This document shows positions 18,066 through 26,787 of a stretch of DNA of 35,037 nucleotides, piece after piece. Location of the stretch: IMG/VR virus record IMGVR_UViG_2531839130_000012, one strand, 5' to 3'. This DNA is from a virus (lineage: Duplodnaviria; Heunggongvirae; Uroviricota; Caudoviricetes). A model generated the notes under the pieces. That model was not told the origin of the DNA, made no database searches, and saw nothing but the letters and a program-made list of their open reading frames with translations. The position numbers and the translations under genes are program-made. Positions within the stretch are counted from its first letter, which is position 1, and every line of letters begins with the position of its first letter.

Positions 18066-18198
18066 CGGTGATCTGAACGCGTTGCTGGATGAAACGGAGG
18101 CCGCCTGGGCGGTCTGTGCAGACAAAGTGGACATGATTATTGCGTGTCAGGAGCGAAACAGTGAACAAACCACAATCCCTGCGCCACGCCCTCAATAA
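17908..18198 (+). CDS. Outer-membrane lipoprotein spanin (Rz1 / LysC-like), overlapping the Rz gene
   Basis: Lipobox LSGC after a signal peptide; starts inside Rz in a different frame and extends beyond it (overlapped architecture as in P2 lysB/lysC). Confidence 0.55.
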   Translation: MRTRIYAAGLILLCLLTLSGCGNVRHSPEVWLTVSGCPRVTPCRLDQATPRTNGDLNALLDETEAAWAVCADKVDMIIACQERNSEQTTIPAPRPQ

Positions 18199-18592
18199 AG
18201 CGGTGCCTTATGTCCGCAATAACCCGGACAAACTGCATCTGTTTGTGGATAACGGTTCGCTGGTTGCCACGGGGGCCAGCTCCATGTCGTGGGAGTACCG
18301 TTACACACTGAACGCGGTGATTGAGGATTTCAGCGGCGACCAGAATCTGCTGATGGCCCCGGTTTTGCTGTGGCTGAGGGATAACCAGCCCGATGCCATC
18401 AATAACCCGGCGTTACGGGAAAAGCTATTCACCTTTGAGGTGGATATTCTGCGCAACGATGTCTGTGATATCAGCCTGAACCTGCAACTGACGGAACGTG
18501 TGCTGGTCAGCACTGACGGCAGTGTGTCGAGCGTTGAAGCTATAGCGGAACCTGATGCACCTGAAGAAATGTGGACGGTGAAACGTGGCTGA
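18161..18592 (+). CDS. R: Tail completion protein R
   Basis: ...PQSLRHAL...FVDNGSL...EYRYTLN... resembles P2 gpR; AGGAG Shine-Dalgarno before GTG 18161 (the ORF track start at 18140 is a TTG). Confidence 0.8.
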   Translation: MNKPQSLRHALNKAVPYVRNNPDKLHLFVDNGSLVATGASSMSWEYRYTLNAVIEDFSGDQNLLMAPVLLWLRDNQPDAINNPALREKLFTFEVDILRNDVCDISLNLQLTERVLVSTDGSVSSVEAIAEPDAPEEMWTVKRG

Positions 18593-19031
18593 ACTGCAGA
18601 AGGTGGACGACTGGCTGAGTGCCTTGCTGGCGAATCTGGAACCAGCCTCGAGAAGCCGCATGATGCGCCAGCTGGCGCAGGAACTTCGCCGGACACAGCA
18701 GCAGAATATCAGGATGCAGCGCAACCCTGACGGCAGCAGCTATGAACCGCGACGGGTAACAGCACGCAGTAAAAAAGGCCGTATCAAACGTCAGATGTTT
18801 GCAAAGCTGCGCACCACAAAATACCTGAAAACTGCCGCCAGCACCGACTCTGCCAGCGTCCAGTTTGAAGGCAAGGTGCAGCGCATTGCCCGCGTTCACC
18901 ATTACGGCCTGCGAGATCGCGTCAGTCGTAAGGGACCGGAGGTGCGTTACGCAGAGCGTCGCCTTCTGGGTGTAAATGATGATGTTGAGGCAATGACCCG
19001 CGACATGATTCTGCAATGGCTGGCGGGGTGA
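18585..19031 (+). CDS. S: Tail completion protein S
   Basis: Synteny R-S, size. Confidence 0.8.
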   Translation: MAELQKVDDWLSALLANLEPASRSRMMRQLAQELRRTQQQNIRMQRNPDGSSYEPRRVTARSKKGRIKRQMFAKLRTTKYLKTAASTDSASVQFEGKVQRIARVHHYGLRDRVSRKGPEVRYAERRLLGVNDDVEAMTRDMILQWLAG

Positions 19032-19035
19032 TCTT

Positions 19036-19053
19036 TGTATCAGCACTGATACA
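19036..19053. promoter_or_regulatory. Ogr/B-type late-promoter dyad TGT-N12-ACA upstream of V
   Basis: Near-perfect palindrome TTGTATCAGCACTGATACAA. Confidence 0.5.
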
Positions 19054-19099
19054 AGTTGCAGCACTGCCGCCTTTCTTCCCCTGATGGCAACCTTTCCCT

Positions 19100-19678
19100 A
19101 TGAACGCACAATTAACCGAAATCATGCGCCTTATCACCAACCTGATCCGCACAGGGGTAGTCACCGAAGTGGACAGGGAAAACTGGCTTTGCCGGGTGAA
19201 AACGGGCGAGCTTGAAACCAACTGGATCAGCTGGCTGACGCTGCGTGCCGGGAATGCCCGTACATGGTGGCGACCATCGGAAGGTGAGCAGGTGGTGCTG
19301 CTGAGTCTGGGCGGCAATCTGGAAACCGCCTTTGCGCTGCCCGCTGTCTATTCGAATCAGTTCGCACCACCGTCGACGTCGGCGGACGCCTGCGTGACAG
19401 AACATCCTGACGGTGGCTGGTTTGAATACGAACCCGCCACCGGGCGCTGGTATGTCAGGGGCATCAAATCAATGGTCATTGAGGCTGCTGACAACATCAC
19501 CATGAAAACCAGTGAGTTTGTACTGGAGGCTGACCGCACGCGCATTAACAGCGAAGTGGTGATCAATGGTGGCGTTACCCAGGGCGGCGGAGCGATGAGT
19601 TCTAACGGGATCGTGGTTGATGCGCATCAGCATACTGGCGTCCTGAAAGGCGGCGATACAACCGGAGGCCCGGTATGA
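19100..19678 (+). CDS. V: Baseplate spike/assembly protein V
   Basis: Synteny and size. Confidence 0.8.
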   Translation: MNAQLTEIMRLITNLIRTGVVTEVDRENWLCRVKTGELETNWISWLTLRAGNARTWWRPSEGEQVVLLSLGGNLETAFALPAVYSNQFAPPSTSADACVTEHPDGGWFEYEPATGRWYVRGIKSMVIEAADNITMKTSEFVLEADRTRINSEVVINGGVTQGGGAMSSNGIVVDAHQHTGVLKGGDTTGGPV

Positions 19679-20034
19679 CGCTTTATAGCGGGATGAACAA
19701 TACCAGCGGCACAGTCATTACTGATATTGATCATCTGCGCCAGTCGGTGCGGGACATTCTGCTGACACCGCAGGGTAGCCGTATTGCCCGCCGGGAATAT
19801 GGTTCCCTGCTGTCGGCACTGATAGATCAGCCACAAAATCCGGCATTACGCCTGCAGGTCATGTCGGCAGTGTATGTGGCGCTGAGTCGCTGGGAGCCAC
19901 GGTTGACGCTGGATTCCATCACCATCAACAGCAATTTTGACGGTTCAATGGTGGTGGAGCTGACCGGGCGGCGGAATAACGGTGTGCCTGTGTCCCTTTC
20001 CGTATCAACAGGAGCAGAGAATGGCAGTGATTGA
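19675..20034 (+). CDS. W: Baseplate wedge protein W (gp25-like)
   Basis: Synteny V-W-J-I. Confidence 0.8.
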   Translation: MTLYSGMNNTSGTVITDIDHLRQSVRDILLTPQGSRIARREYGSLLSALIDQPQNPALRLQVMSAVYVALSRWEPRLTLDSITINSNFDGSMVVELTGRRNNGVPVSLSVSTGAENGSD

Positions 20035-20929
20035 CCTTTCGCAGTTGCCTGCACCGCAGATTGTGGATGTGCCGGACTTTGAGACGCTGCTTGCCGAACG
20101 CAAGGCAGAATTTGTGGCGCTTCATCCGAAAGATGAGCAGGAAGCAGTGATCCGCACGCTGGAACTGGAATCTGAACCCGCCACTAAATTGTTGCAGGAG
20201 AACGCTTACCGTGAGTTGCTTCTGCGCCAGCGCATTAACGAAGCCGCGCAGGCGGTGATGGTGGCTTACGCGATGGGCGGCGATCTTGACCAGCTCGCTG
20301 CCAACTACAACGTGACACGCCTGACGGTGACGCCTGCTGATAATGATGCTGTGCCGCCCGTTGCAGCTGTGATGGAAAGCGATGAAGCGTTGCGCCTGCG
20401 TGTGCCTGCAGCCTTTGAAGGGCTTTCTGTTGCGGGGCCAACTGCAGCTTATGAATTTCATGCCCGAAGCGCCGACGGTCGGGTGGCGGATGCCAGTGCA
20501 ACCAGCCCGGCACCTGCAGAGGTGGTGCTGACTGTCCTTAGCCGCGAAGGCGATGGAACTGCAGAAAAAGACCTGCTGGACGTGGTGGAAAAAGCTCTGA
20601 ACAGTGAGAACGTCCGCCCGGTGGCTGACCGTCTTACGGTTCGCAGCGCAGAAATCATCCCGTATCGCGTGGAAGCCACCATTTTTCTCTATCCGGGACC
20701 GGAAGCAGAGCCGGTAATGGCAGCGGCAAAAGCCAGTCTGCAGAAGTACATTGCCAGCCAGACGAGGCTTGGTCGGGATATTCGCCGTAGCGCCATCTTT
20801 GCTGCTCTGCATGTTGAGGGTGTTCAACGTGTGGAACTGGCTTCTCCGCTGGCGGATGTGGTCCTGAACAAAACACAGGCGGCATCATGTACGCAGTGGA
20901 GCGTAACCAACGGAGGAACGGATGAATAG
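20021..20929 (+). CDS. J: Baseplate protein J
   Basis: AGGAG Shine-Dalgarno before ATG 20021 (MAVIDLSQLP); synteny. Confidence 0.85.
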   Translation: MAVIDLSQLPAPQIVDVPDFETLLAERKAEFVALHPKDEQEAVIRTLELESEPATKLLQENAYRELLLRQRINEAAQAVMVAYAMGGDLDQLAANYNVTRLTVTPADNDAVPPVAAVMESDEALRLRVPAAFEGLSVAGPTAAYEFHARSADGRVADASATSPAPAEVVLTVLSREGDGTAEKDLLDVVEKALNSENVRPVADRLTVRSAEIIPYRVEATIFLYPGPEAEPVMAAAKASLQKYIASQTRLGRDIRRSAIFAALHVEGVQRVELASPLADVVLNKTQAASCTQWSVTNGGTDE

Positions 20930-21527
20930 TCTGCTGCCACCGGGTTCAACTTCACTGGAGCGCCGACTGGCGCAAACCTGTAGCGGGATTTCTAATTTGC
21001 AGGTGCCGCTGCGTGACTTGTGGAATCCGGCTACCTGTCCGGTCAGCTTCCTGCCTTATCTCGCCTGGGCGTTCTCTGTGGATCGCTGGGACGAGGGCTG
21101 GACAGAAAGCGTCAAACGCCAGGTAGTGAAGGATGCTTTTTATATTCATCAGCATAAAGGAACTACCAGTGCCGTGCGGCGGGTGGTGGAACCGTTCGGA
21201 TTCCTGATCCGCATTATTGAGTGGTGGCAGACCGGAGAAACACCGGGCACGTTTCGCCTGGATATCGGCGTGCAGGACCAGGGCATCACTGAAGATACCT
21301 ATCTGGAACTTGAGCGGCTGATAAGCGATGCCAAACCATGTAGCCGTCACATGATCGGCATGTCCATCAATCTGCAGACCAGCGGTCCGCATTGGGTGGG
21401 GGCCGCCAGCTATCTTGGCGAAGAAATCACGATCTATCCGTATATCAACGAAACAATTATTTCTGGCGGCACCGCGCATGAAGGCGGGGCGGTCCATGTT
21501 ATTGACACAATGAGAGTGAATCCATGA
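20922..21527 (+). CDS. I: Baseplate/tail protein I
   Basis: Synteny. Confidence 0.8.
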   Translation: MNSLLPPGSTSLERRLAQTCSGISNLQVPLRDLWNPATCPVSFLPYLAWAFSVDRWDEGWTESVKRQVVKDAFYIHQHKGTTSAVRRVVEPFGFLIRIIEWWQTGETPGTFRLDIGVQDQGITEDTYLELERLISDAKPCSRHMIGMSINLQTSGPHWVGAASYLGEEITIYPYINETIISGGTAHEGGAVHVIDTMRVNP

Positions 21528-22603
21528 GCACAAAATTTTATACCCTGCTGACGGATATTGGCGCGGCGAAACTTGCCAGCGCCGCCGCGCTCGGTGTGCC
21601 GCTAAAAATTACCCATATGGCGGTCGGCGATGGCGGCGGAGTATTACCGACGCCGGACGCAAAGCAGACGGCACTGGTAAATGAGAAACGCCGGGCTGCG
21701 TTGAATATGCTTTATATCGACCCGCAGAACAGTAGCCAGATTATTGCTGAACAGGTGATCCCTGAAAACGAGGGCGGTTGGTGGATACGTGAAGTGGGCC
21801 TGTTTGATGAGTCCGGGGCATTGATTGCCGTGGGAAACTGCCCGGAAAGCTATAAGCCGCAACTGGCTGAAGGCAGCGGGCGTACCCAGACCGTGCGCAT
21901 GGTGCTGATTACCAGCAGCACGGACAATATCACCCTGAAAATCGACCCTGCCGTAGTGCTGGCAACCCGCAAGTATGTGGATGATAAGGTACTGGAGCTG
22001 AAGGTGTACGTGGATGATCAGATGGCAAAACATCTTGCAGCACCGGACCCGCATTCACAGTATGCACCCAAAGAAAGTCCTACGTTTACCGGGACACCCA
22101 AAGCGCCAACGCCAGCGGCGGGGAATAACACCACGCAGGTTGCGACCACCGCGTTTGTTCAGGCGGCACTGACGGCTCTTATTAATGGTGCGCCAGCCAC
22201 GCTGGACACGCTGAAAGAAATTGCCGCAGCCATAAACAATGACCCGAAATTCAGTACCACCATTAACAATGCGCTGGCACTGAAAGCGCCGCTGTCGAGT
22301 CCGGCACTCACCGGAACGCCAACAGCACCTACTGCGGCACAGTCGGTCAACAATACACAGATTGCCACCACGGCATTTGTGAAATCGGCGATTGCGGCAA
22401 TGGTGGGTTCTGCACCTGCGGCACTGGATACACTGAACGAACTGGCGGCGGCACTGGGGAATGATCCGAACTTTGCCACGACAATGCTTAATGCGCTGTC
22501 AGGTAAACAACCGCTGGACAATACGCTTACCAATTTGAGTGGAAAGGATGTAGCTGGTCTTCTCACATACCTTGGTTTGGGAGAAGCCAGATATGTCATT
22601 TAG
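21524..22603 (+). CDS. H: Tail fibre protein H, constant N-terminal part, terminating at an in-frame TAG 5 codons inside the invertible segment
   Basis: Two tandem ~60-aa tail-fibre repeats (NTTQVATTAFVQAAL... and NNTQIATTAFVKSAI...); the crossover site lies in its 3' end; TAG at 22601-22603. Confidence 0.8.
   Translation: MSTKFYTLLTDIGAAKLASAAALGVPLKITHMAVGDGGGVLPTPDAKQTALVNEKRRAALNMLYIDPQNSSQIIAEQVIPENEGGWWIREVGLFDESGALIAVGNCPESYKPQLAEGSGRTQTVRMVLITSSTDNITLKIDPAVVLATRKYVDDKVLELKVYVDDQMAKHLAAPDPHSQYAPKESPTFTGTPKAPTPAAGNNTTQVATTAFVQAALTALINGAPATLDTLKEIAAAINNDPKFSTTINNALALKAPLSSPALTGTPTAPTAAQSVNNTQIATTAFVKSAIAAMVGSAPAALDTLNELAAALGNDPNFATTMLNALSGKQPLDNTLTNLSGKDVAGLLTYLGLGEARYVI
22560..22585. 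other. hix/gix-like 26-bp crossover site, left: TTCTCACATACC-TT-GGTTTGGGAGAA
   Basis: 12-2-12 architecture with ACC-core-GGT like hix/gix; its inner half site is the exact reverse complement of the inner half site of the right site. Confidence 0.6.
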
Positions 22604-22915
22604 CGAGGAGCTAATGCCAATGGTGCATGGGTACGCTGGTCAGATGGTGCAATAGAAGTATTTGGAACCGGTGGATCTAATGATAATGGACTGGCTAAAG
22701 TCGTTTACCCAATTGCACTGCCTAAACTTTCACGTTTTATCAGTATCGCAGAAAGAATAAGAACGGATTACGAGAGCACACCTAATAATGTTCACGTTTC
22801 AATGATCGTGGATGATCAGGTAACAAATACCGGCTTTTATGCCCGCTGCCAGATGTACGACGGCAGACCATCATCAAATGCTTTTTCATGGAGGGTTTAT
22901 TGTGCGCCTGTTTAA
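22604..22915 (+). pseudogene. Tail-fibre C-terminal tip domain remnant, in frame with H but separated from it by the TAG codon
   Basis: Translation RGANANGAWVRWSDGAIEVFGTGG...NVHVSMIVDDQVTNTGFYARCQMYDGRP has the pattern of a phage tail-fibre C-terminal domain; no start codon of its own. Confidence 0.4.
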
Positions 22916-23099
22916 TCCAGTTACTTTGACTGAAGTAATCCCCGGTCTTCATGACGTGACCGGGGCTATTGAATTACCGGAGGACAACTGGTTTTTTACT
23001 ATGACAGAAATTCCTCAGGGCATGGAGCTAACAATTAATGAGAAAGGCGAACCAATACTGATTGAGGTTAATCAGTCTCAGGGAATACAGGCCAAATAA
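22902..23099 (+). pseudogene. Truncated gpG-like tail-fibre assembly chaperone (66 aa, N-terminal part only)
   Basis: GGAGGG Shine-Dalgarno and GTG start overlapping the fibre-tip stop; ...PEDNWFFTMTEIPQGMELTINEKGEPILIEV resembles the N-terminal region of P2 gpG (...[28 protein letters not shown]...); ends where the convergent chaperone gene ends. Confidence 0.4.
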
Positions 23100-23673
23100 T
23101 ATCAGGCGCGGTGCTGGTATCTATTGCCGTCACCGCGTCAATGTAATCCAGCACAGCGTTAAGGCGGGTTGTTTCTGCCTGCGTCAGTTTACGTCCGGCC
23201 TGCAATTTCAGCTGAATCAGACTGATGGAAGCCATAGCAGCATCAATCAGAGACTGGCGCTGTACTTCTGCTGCATCTACTGCGGCGCTATGCTGTGCCT
23301 CGGTATCTGTTACCCATTTCTCACCATCCCATTTATCGTATGGCGTTAATGGGGCAAAAGTGGTCGTATTTTCAGGGTAATCCCCCGGCACAGTAATTTC
23401 TTTTGATTCCCCCGTTTCGATGCCATAGACAATTTCACCGCGATGGTCTGGCACATATTCCCATGAGTTAAAATCTGCAGAACGGCAGATTGCATAACCA
23501 GCCTTATGTGTGCCGGGCGCATCGGTACAGGAATTGGCAGGAATACCCACCCCCACAGGCAGATACTCAAGCGATGAGGATATGTATTCGCGGGTGTCGC
23601 CCCGGTAGTTGTACACAGTGATTTCTCCTGCCACGGTGGCAATAAACGCACTGTTTAATTTTGCTTTCGCCAT
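23068..23673 (-). CDS. Tail-fibre assembly chaperone (Tfa family) of the alternative cassette
   Basis: 201 aa ending ...DYIDAVTAIDTSTAPDIIWPVFPETD (conserved Tfa C-terminal motif); start codon overlaps the stop of the upstream fibre cassette. Confidence 0.75.
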   Translation of the reverse strand: MAKAKLNSAFIATVAGEITVYNYRGDTREYISSSLEYLPVGVGIPANSCTDAPGTHKAGYAICRSADFNSWEYVPDHRGEIVYGIETGESKEITVPGDYPENTTTFAPLTPYDKWDGEKWVTDTEAQHSAAVDAAEVQRQSLIDAAMASISLIQLKLQAGRKLTQAETTRLNAVLDYIDAVTAIDTSTAPDIIWPVFPETD

Positions 23674-24257
23674 TATGCAGCCCTCACGATGTAGTTAAAT
23701 GCAATGTTGCGCGGACGGGTTTCAGATGCGTACACGGACGGATGAGTAACACCGTCTGAGGTCGATGCCCTGTAAGTCCTGAATGGTGGTAATCCGGGCG
23801 CTATTTCGTTGTTATTACCTGTTGGTGAAAGGTCCTTGCGATAAAGGATTACCTTGTCTGCCCTACTGGTTGCGTCCCATGATGTTCCTGACGACGATGG
23901 ACTCAGGACCGCACTGGGTATTTCTGGTTCATCGTTGAAAACCGTATAGATATCGCTTTCCATCTGGTATGACGGATTACCCACTCCGGTTGGCAGAGCG
24001 TGCGCATGGTCCTGGAAAGCAAAACTCTGACAACTGAGAAGTATGCGCCCCCCATCAATCCCTCGCCCGCCATCCCAGCCACGAATAAACTCACCACGTA
24101 AATCTGGCAATTTATTTGTCGGGTAAGCCTTTGCCAGTTCCGGGTATTCTTCAGCAGAAAAAGCCGCACCATTGCATTTCAGCCAGCCTGTTGGCGGAGT
24201 GGCTGAAGGCCACGGAACAGGGACACCAACAGGTAATGCAGAGCCTTCTCCCAAACC
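23673..24257 (-). CDS. Alternative tail-fibre C-terminal cassette with tail-collar domain (promoterless; would fuse to H after inversion)
   Basis: Reads GLGEGSALPVGVPVPWPSATPPTGWLKCNGAAFSAEEYPELAKAY...LPDLRGEFIRGWD (tail-collar-like) starting at the right crossover site; shares the GLGE junction codons with H. Confidence 0.7.
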   Translation of the reverse strand, partial: GLGEGSALPVGVPVPWPSATPPTGWLKCNGAAFSAEEYPELAKAYPTNKLPDLRGEFIRGWDGGRGIDGGRILLSCQSFAFQDHAHALPTGVGNPSYQMESDIYTVFNDEPEIPSAVLSPSSSGTSWDATSRADKVILYRKDLSPTGNNNEIAPGLPPFRTYRASTSDGVTHPSVYASETRPRNIAFNYIVRAA

Positions 24258-24271
24258 AACGTTTATGAAAA
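24246..24271. other. hix/gix-like 26-bp crossover site, right: TTCTCCCAAACC-AA-CGTTTATGAAAA
   Basis: Inverted relative to the left site; core AA versus TT. Confidence 0.6.
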
Positions 24272-24326
24272 TGCAGAGATAATGGTTAACTGGCATCATC
24301 CCCGGTTTTTATTCAGGGGGATGCTC

Positions 24327-24893
24327 ATGCTTATTGGCTATGTACGCGTGTCAACAAATGACCAGAACACCGATTTGCAACGTAATGCACTGAACTGCGC
24401 GGGATGTGAGCGAATTTTTGAGGATAAAATCAGTGGCACTAAGTCCGACAGACCAGGGTTGAAAAAACTGCTCAGGACACTATCGGCAGGAGACACGCTG
24501 GTTGTCTGGAAGCTGGACAGGTTGGGGCGCAGTATGCGGCATCTTGTTACGCTGATAGAAGAGTTGCGTCAGCAAGGCGTGAATTTCCGAAGCCTGACTG
24601 ACAGTATTGATACCAGCACCCCAATGGGCCGTTTCTTTTTTCATGTCATGGGTGCCCTGGCTGAAATGGAACGCGAACTGATAGTTGAACGTACCAGGGC
24701 AGGGCTGGCTGCAGCTCGTGCCAAAGGCAGAGTAGGTGGACGCCGTCCTAAGTTGACCACCGAACAGTGGGCACAGATTGGGCGTTTACTCGAGGCCGGA
24801 GAATCAAGACAGCGTATTGCACTGATTTTTGATGTGGGTGTTTCCACAATTTATAGAAAATTTCCGGCAAATAAGAGCAATGAATCCCCCTGA
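24327..24893 (+). CDS. Serine DNA invertase, Gin/Pin/Cin/Hin family
   Basis: MLIGYVRVSTNDQNTDLQRNAL...LVVWKLDRLGRSM...FRSLTDSIDTS...MGRFFFHVMGALAEMERELI closely resembles Mu Gin; C-terminal HTH. Confidence 0.85.
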   Translation: MLIGYVRVSTNDQNTDLQRNALNCAGCERIFEDKISGTKSDRPGLKKLLRTLSAGDTLVVWKLDRLGRSMRHLVTLIEELRQQGVNFRSLTDSIDTSTPMGRFFFHVMGALAEMERELIVERTRAGLAAARAKGRVGGRRPKLTTEQWAQIGRLLEAGESRQRIALIFDVGVSTIYRKFPANKSNESP

Positions 24894-24941
24894 ATCAGCA
24901 TTATTTTGATTATCCCTGCAAGTAGACAAATACCGTCATTT

Positions 24942-24959
24942 TGTGTGAATAACGGTACA
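24942..24959. promoter_or_regulatory. Ogr/B-type late-promoter dyad TGT-N12-ACA upstream of the sheath gene
   Basis: TGTgtgaataacggtACA about 85 nt before the FI start. Confidence 0.5.
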
Positions 24960-25035
24960 ACTGCGCTTAGCTGTTTGTCAGGCACAATCACTTCAACATA
25001 GGGCGAAGCCTAATCCAATCAGGAGGTTCGCCACT

Positions 25036-26208
25036 ATGGCTCAGGATTACCACCACGGGGTGCGCGTTGTTGAAGTCAACGAAGGCACCCGATCCATTAC
25101 CACGGTGAGCACCGCCATCGTGGGCATGGTCTGCACGGGCGATGATGCCGATGCAAAAATGTTTCCTCTTAACAAACCTGTTCTGATCACTGATGTGCTG
25201 ACTGCCAGCGGTAAAGCGGGTGAGTCCGGCACGCTGGCCCGTTCGCTGGATGCCATCGCTGACCAGGCAAAACCCGTGACCGTTGTTGTGCGTGTGCCGC
25301 AGGGTGAAACGGAAGAAGAAACCACGACCAATATCATCGGCGCAGTGACTGCTGAAGGTAAAAAAACAGGCATGAAAGCTCTGTTATCTGCCCAGTCACA
25401 GCTCGGCGTTAAACCGCGCATTCTTGGCGTGCCAGGCCACGATAACAAAGCCGTTGCGACTGAATTGCTGAGCGTGGCGCAAAGCCTGCGTGGGTTTGCT
25501 TACCTGTCAGCGTATGGCTGCAAGACAGTGCAGGAGGCGATCACTTACCGTGAAAACTTTAGCCAGCGCGAAGGGATGCTGATCTGGCCTGACTTTACTG
25601 GCTGGGACACGGTGCTGAACGCCGAAGCAATGGCATATGCCACCGCCCGTGCGCTTGGTCTGCGCGCCAAAATTGATGAGCAGACTGGGTGGCACAAAAG
25701 CCTGTCCAACGTGGGCGTGAACGGTGTCACCGGAATTTCTGCTGATGTGTTCTGGGATCTGCAGGACCCGGCAACAGATGCGGGACTGCTGAACCAGAAC
25801 GACGTCACCACGCTTGTGCGCAAGGACGGTTTCCGCTTCTGGGGTTCCCGCTGTCTGAGTGATGACCCGCTCTTTGCCTTCGAAAACTACACCCGCACAG
25901 CGCAGGTACTGATGGACACAATGGCAGAAGCGCACATGTGGGCGGTGGACAAACCGCTGAACCCGTCGCTGGCGCGCGACATTATCGAAGGTATCCGCGC
26001 CAAAATGCGCAGCCTGGTCAGTCAGGGCTATCTCATTGGTGGTGATTGCTGGCTGGATGAGTCGGTGAACGATAAAGACACGCTGAAAGCCGGAAAACTC
26101 ACCATCGACTATGACTACACGCCAGTGCCGCCACTTGAAAAACTGATGCTGCGCCAGCGCATCACCGATCAGTACCTGGTGAATTTCGCCAGCCAGGTCA
26201 GCGCGTAA
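25036..26208 (+). CDS. FI: Contractile tail sheath protein FI
   Basis: 390 aa; AGGAGG Shine-Dalgarno; synteny FI-FII-E-T. Confidence 0.9.
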   Translation: MAQDYHHGVRVVEVNEGTRSITTVSTAIVGMVCTGDDADAKMFPLNKPVLITDVLTASGKAGESGTLARSLDAIADQAKPVTVVVRVPQGETEEETTTNIIGAVTAEGKKTGMKALLSAQSQLGVKPRILGVPGHDNKAVATELLSVAQSLRGFAYLSAYGCKTVQEAITYRENFSQREGMLIWPDFTGWDTVLNAEAMAYATARALGLRAKIDEQTGWHKSLSNVGVNGVTGISADVFWDLQDPATDAGLLNQNDVTTLVRKDGFRFWGSRCLSDDPLFAFENYTRTAQVLMDTMAEAHMWAVDKPLNPSLARDIIEGIRAKMRSLVSQGYLIGGDCWLDESVNDKDTLKAGKLTIDYDYTPVPPLEKLMLRQRITDQYLVNFASQVSA

Positions 26209-26217
26209 GGGGACAAC

Positions 26218-26733
26218 ATGGCTTTACCACGCAAATTAAAACATCTGAACCTGTTTAACGACGGGAACAACTGGCAGGGGATCGTAGAGTCGCTGACGCT
26301 GCCGAAATTCACCCGCAAATATGAGAAGTATCGCGGCGGCGGAATGCCTGGTGCAGTTGATGTGGATCTGGGGCTTGATGACAGTGCGCTGGACACAGAA
26401 TTTTCCATTGGTGGTACTGAACTGCTGCTGTTTAAGCAGATGGGTAAAGCCACGGTGGATGGCATCCAGTTGCGCTTTACCGGCTCTATCCAGCGTGACG
26501 ATACCGGAGAAGTGCAGGCCGTGGAGCTTGTCGTGCGTGGACGTCACAAAGAAGTGGATTCCGGCGAGTGGAAGACGGGCGAAAGCAACACCACCAAAGT
26601 GACCAGTACCAACAGCTACGCGAAGCTGACCATCAATGGTGAGGTGCTCTATGAAGTGGACCTTATCAACATGGTGGAAATTGTGGACGGTGTGGACCTG
26701 ATGGAAGCGCACCGCAACGCCCTCGGCCTCTGA
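26218..26733 (+). CDS. FII: Tail tube protein FII
   Basis: 171 aa; synteny. Confidence 0.85.
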   Translation: MALPRKLKHLNLFNDGNNWQGIVESLTLPKFTRKYEKYRGGGMPGAVDVDLGLDDSALDTEFSIGGTELLLFKQMGKATVDGIQLRFTGSIQRDDTGEVQAVELVVRGRHKEVDSGEWKTGESNTTKVTSTNSYAKLTINGEVLYEVDLINMVEIVDGVDLMEAHRNALGL

Positions 26734-26787
26734 TATATCTGAACGGCGCGGGATACCGCGCCAGAACCCAATTGACAGGACAGCAAA

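Larger units (their letters stand above)
22572..24259. mobile_element. Invertible tail-fibre DNA segment (Mu G / P1 C / e14 P-segment-like), ~1.7 kb
   Basis: Bounded by inverted crossover sites at 22560-22585 and 24246-24271; contains convergent alternative fibre C-terminus and chaperone cassettes; adjacent Gin-like invertase gene. Confidence 0.6.

Noticed and set aside
19925-20827. 300-aa minus-strand ORF antisense to baseplate gene J
   Set aside because: Cys/Arg/His-rich low-complexity translation typical of an antisense frame; conflicts with the clear P2-order baseplate genes.
22839-22901. Upstream ATG start (MPAARCTTADHH...) for the plus-strand chaperone fragment
   Set aside because: It would overlap the fibre-tip frame extensively; GTG 22902 has a GGAGGG Shine-Dalgarno and the typical overlap with the preceding stop.
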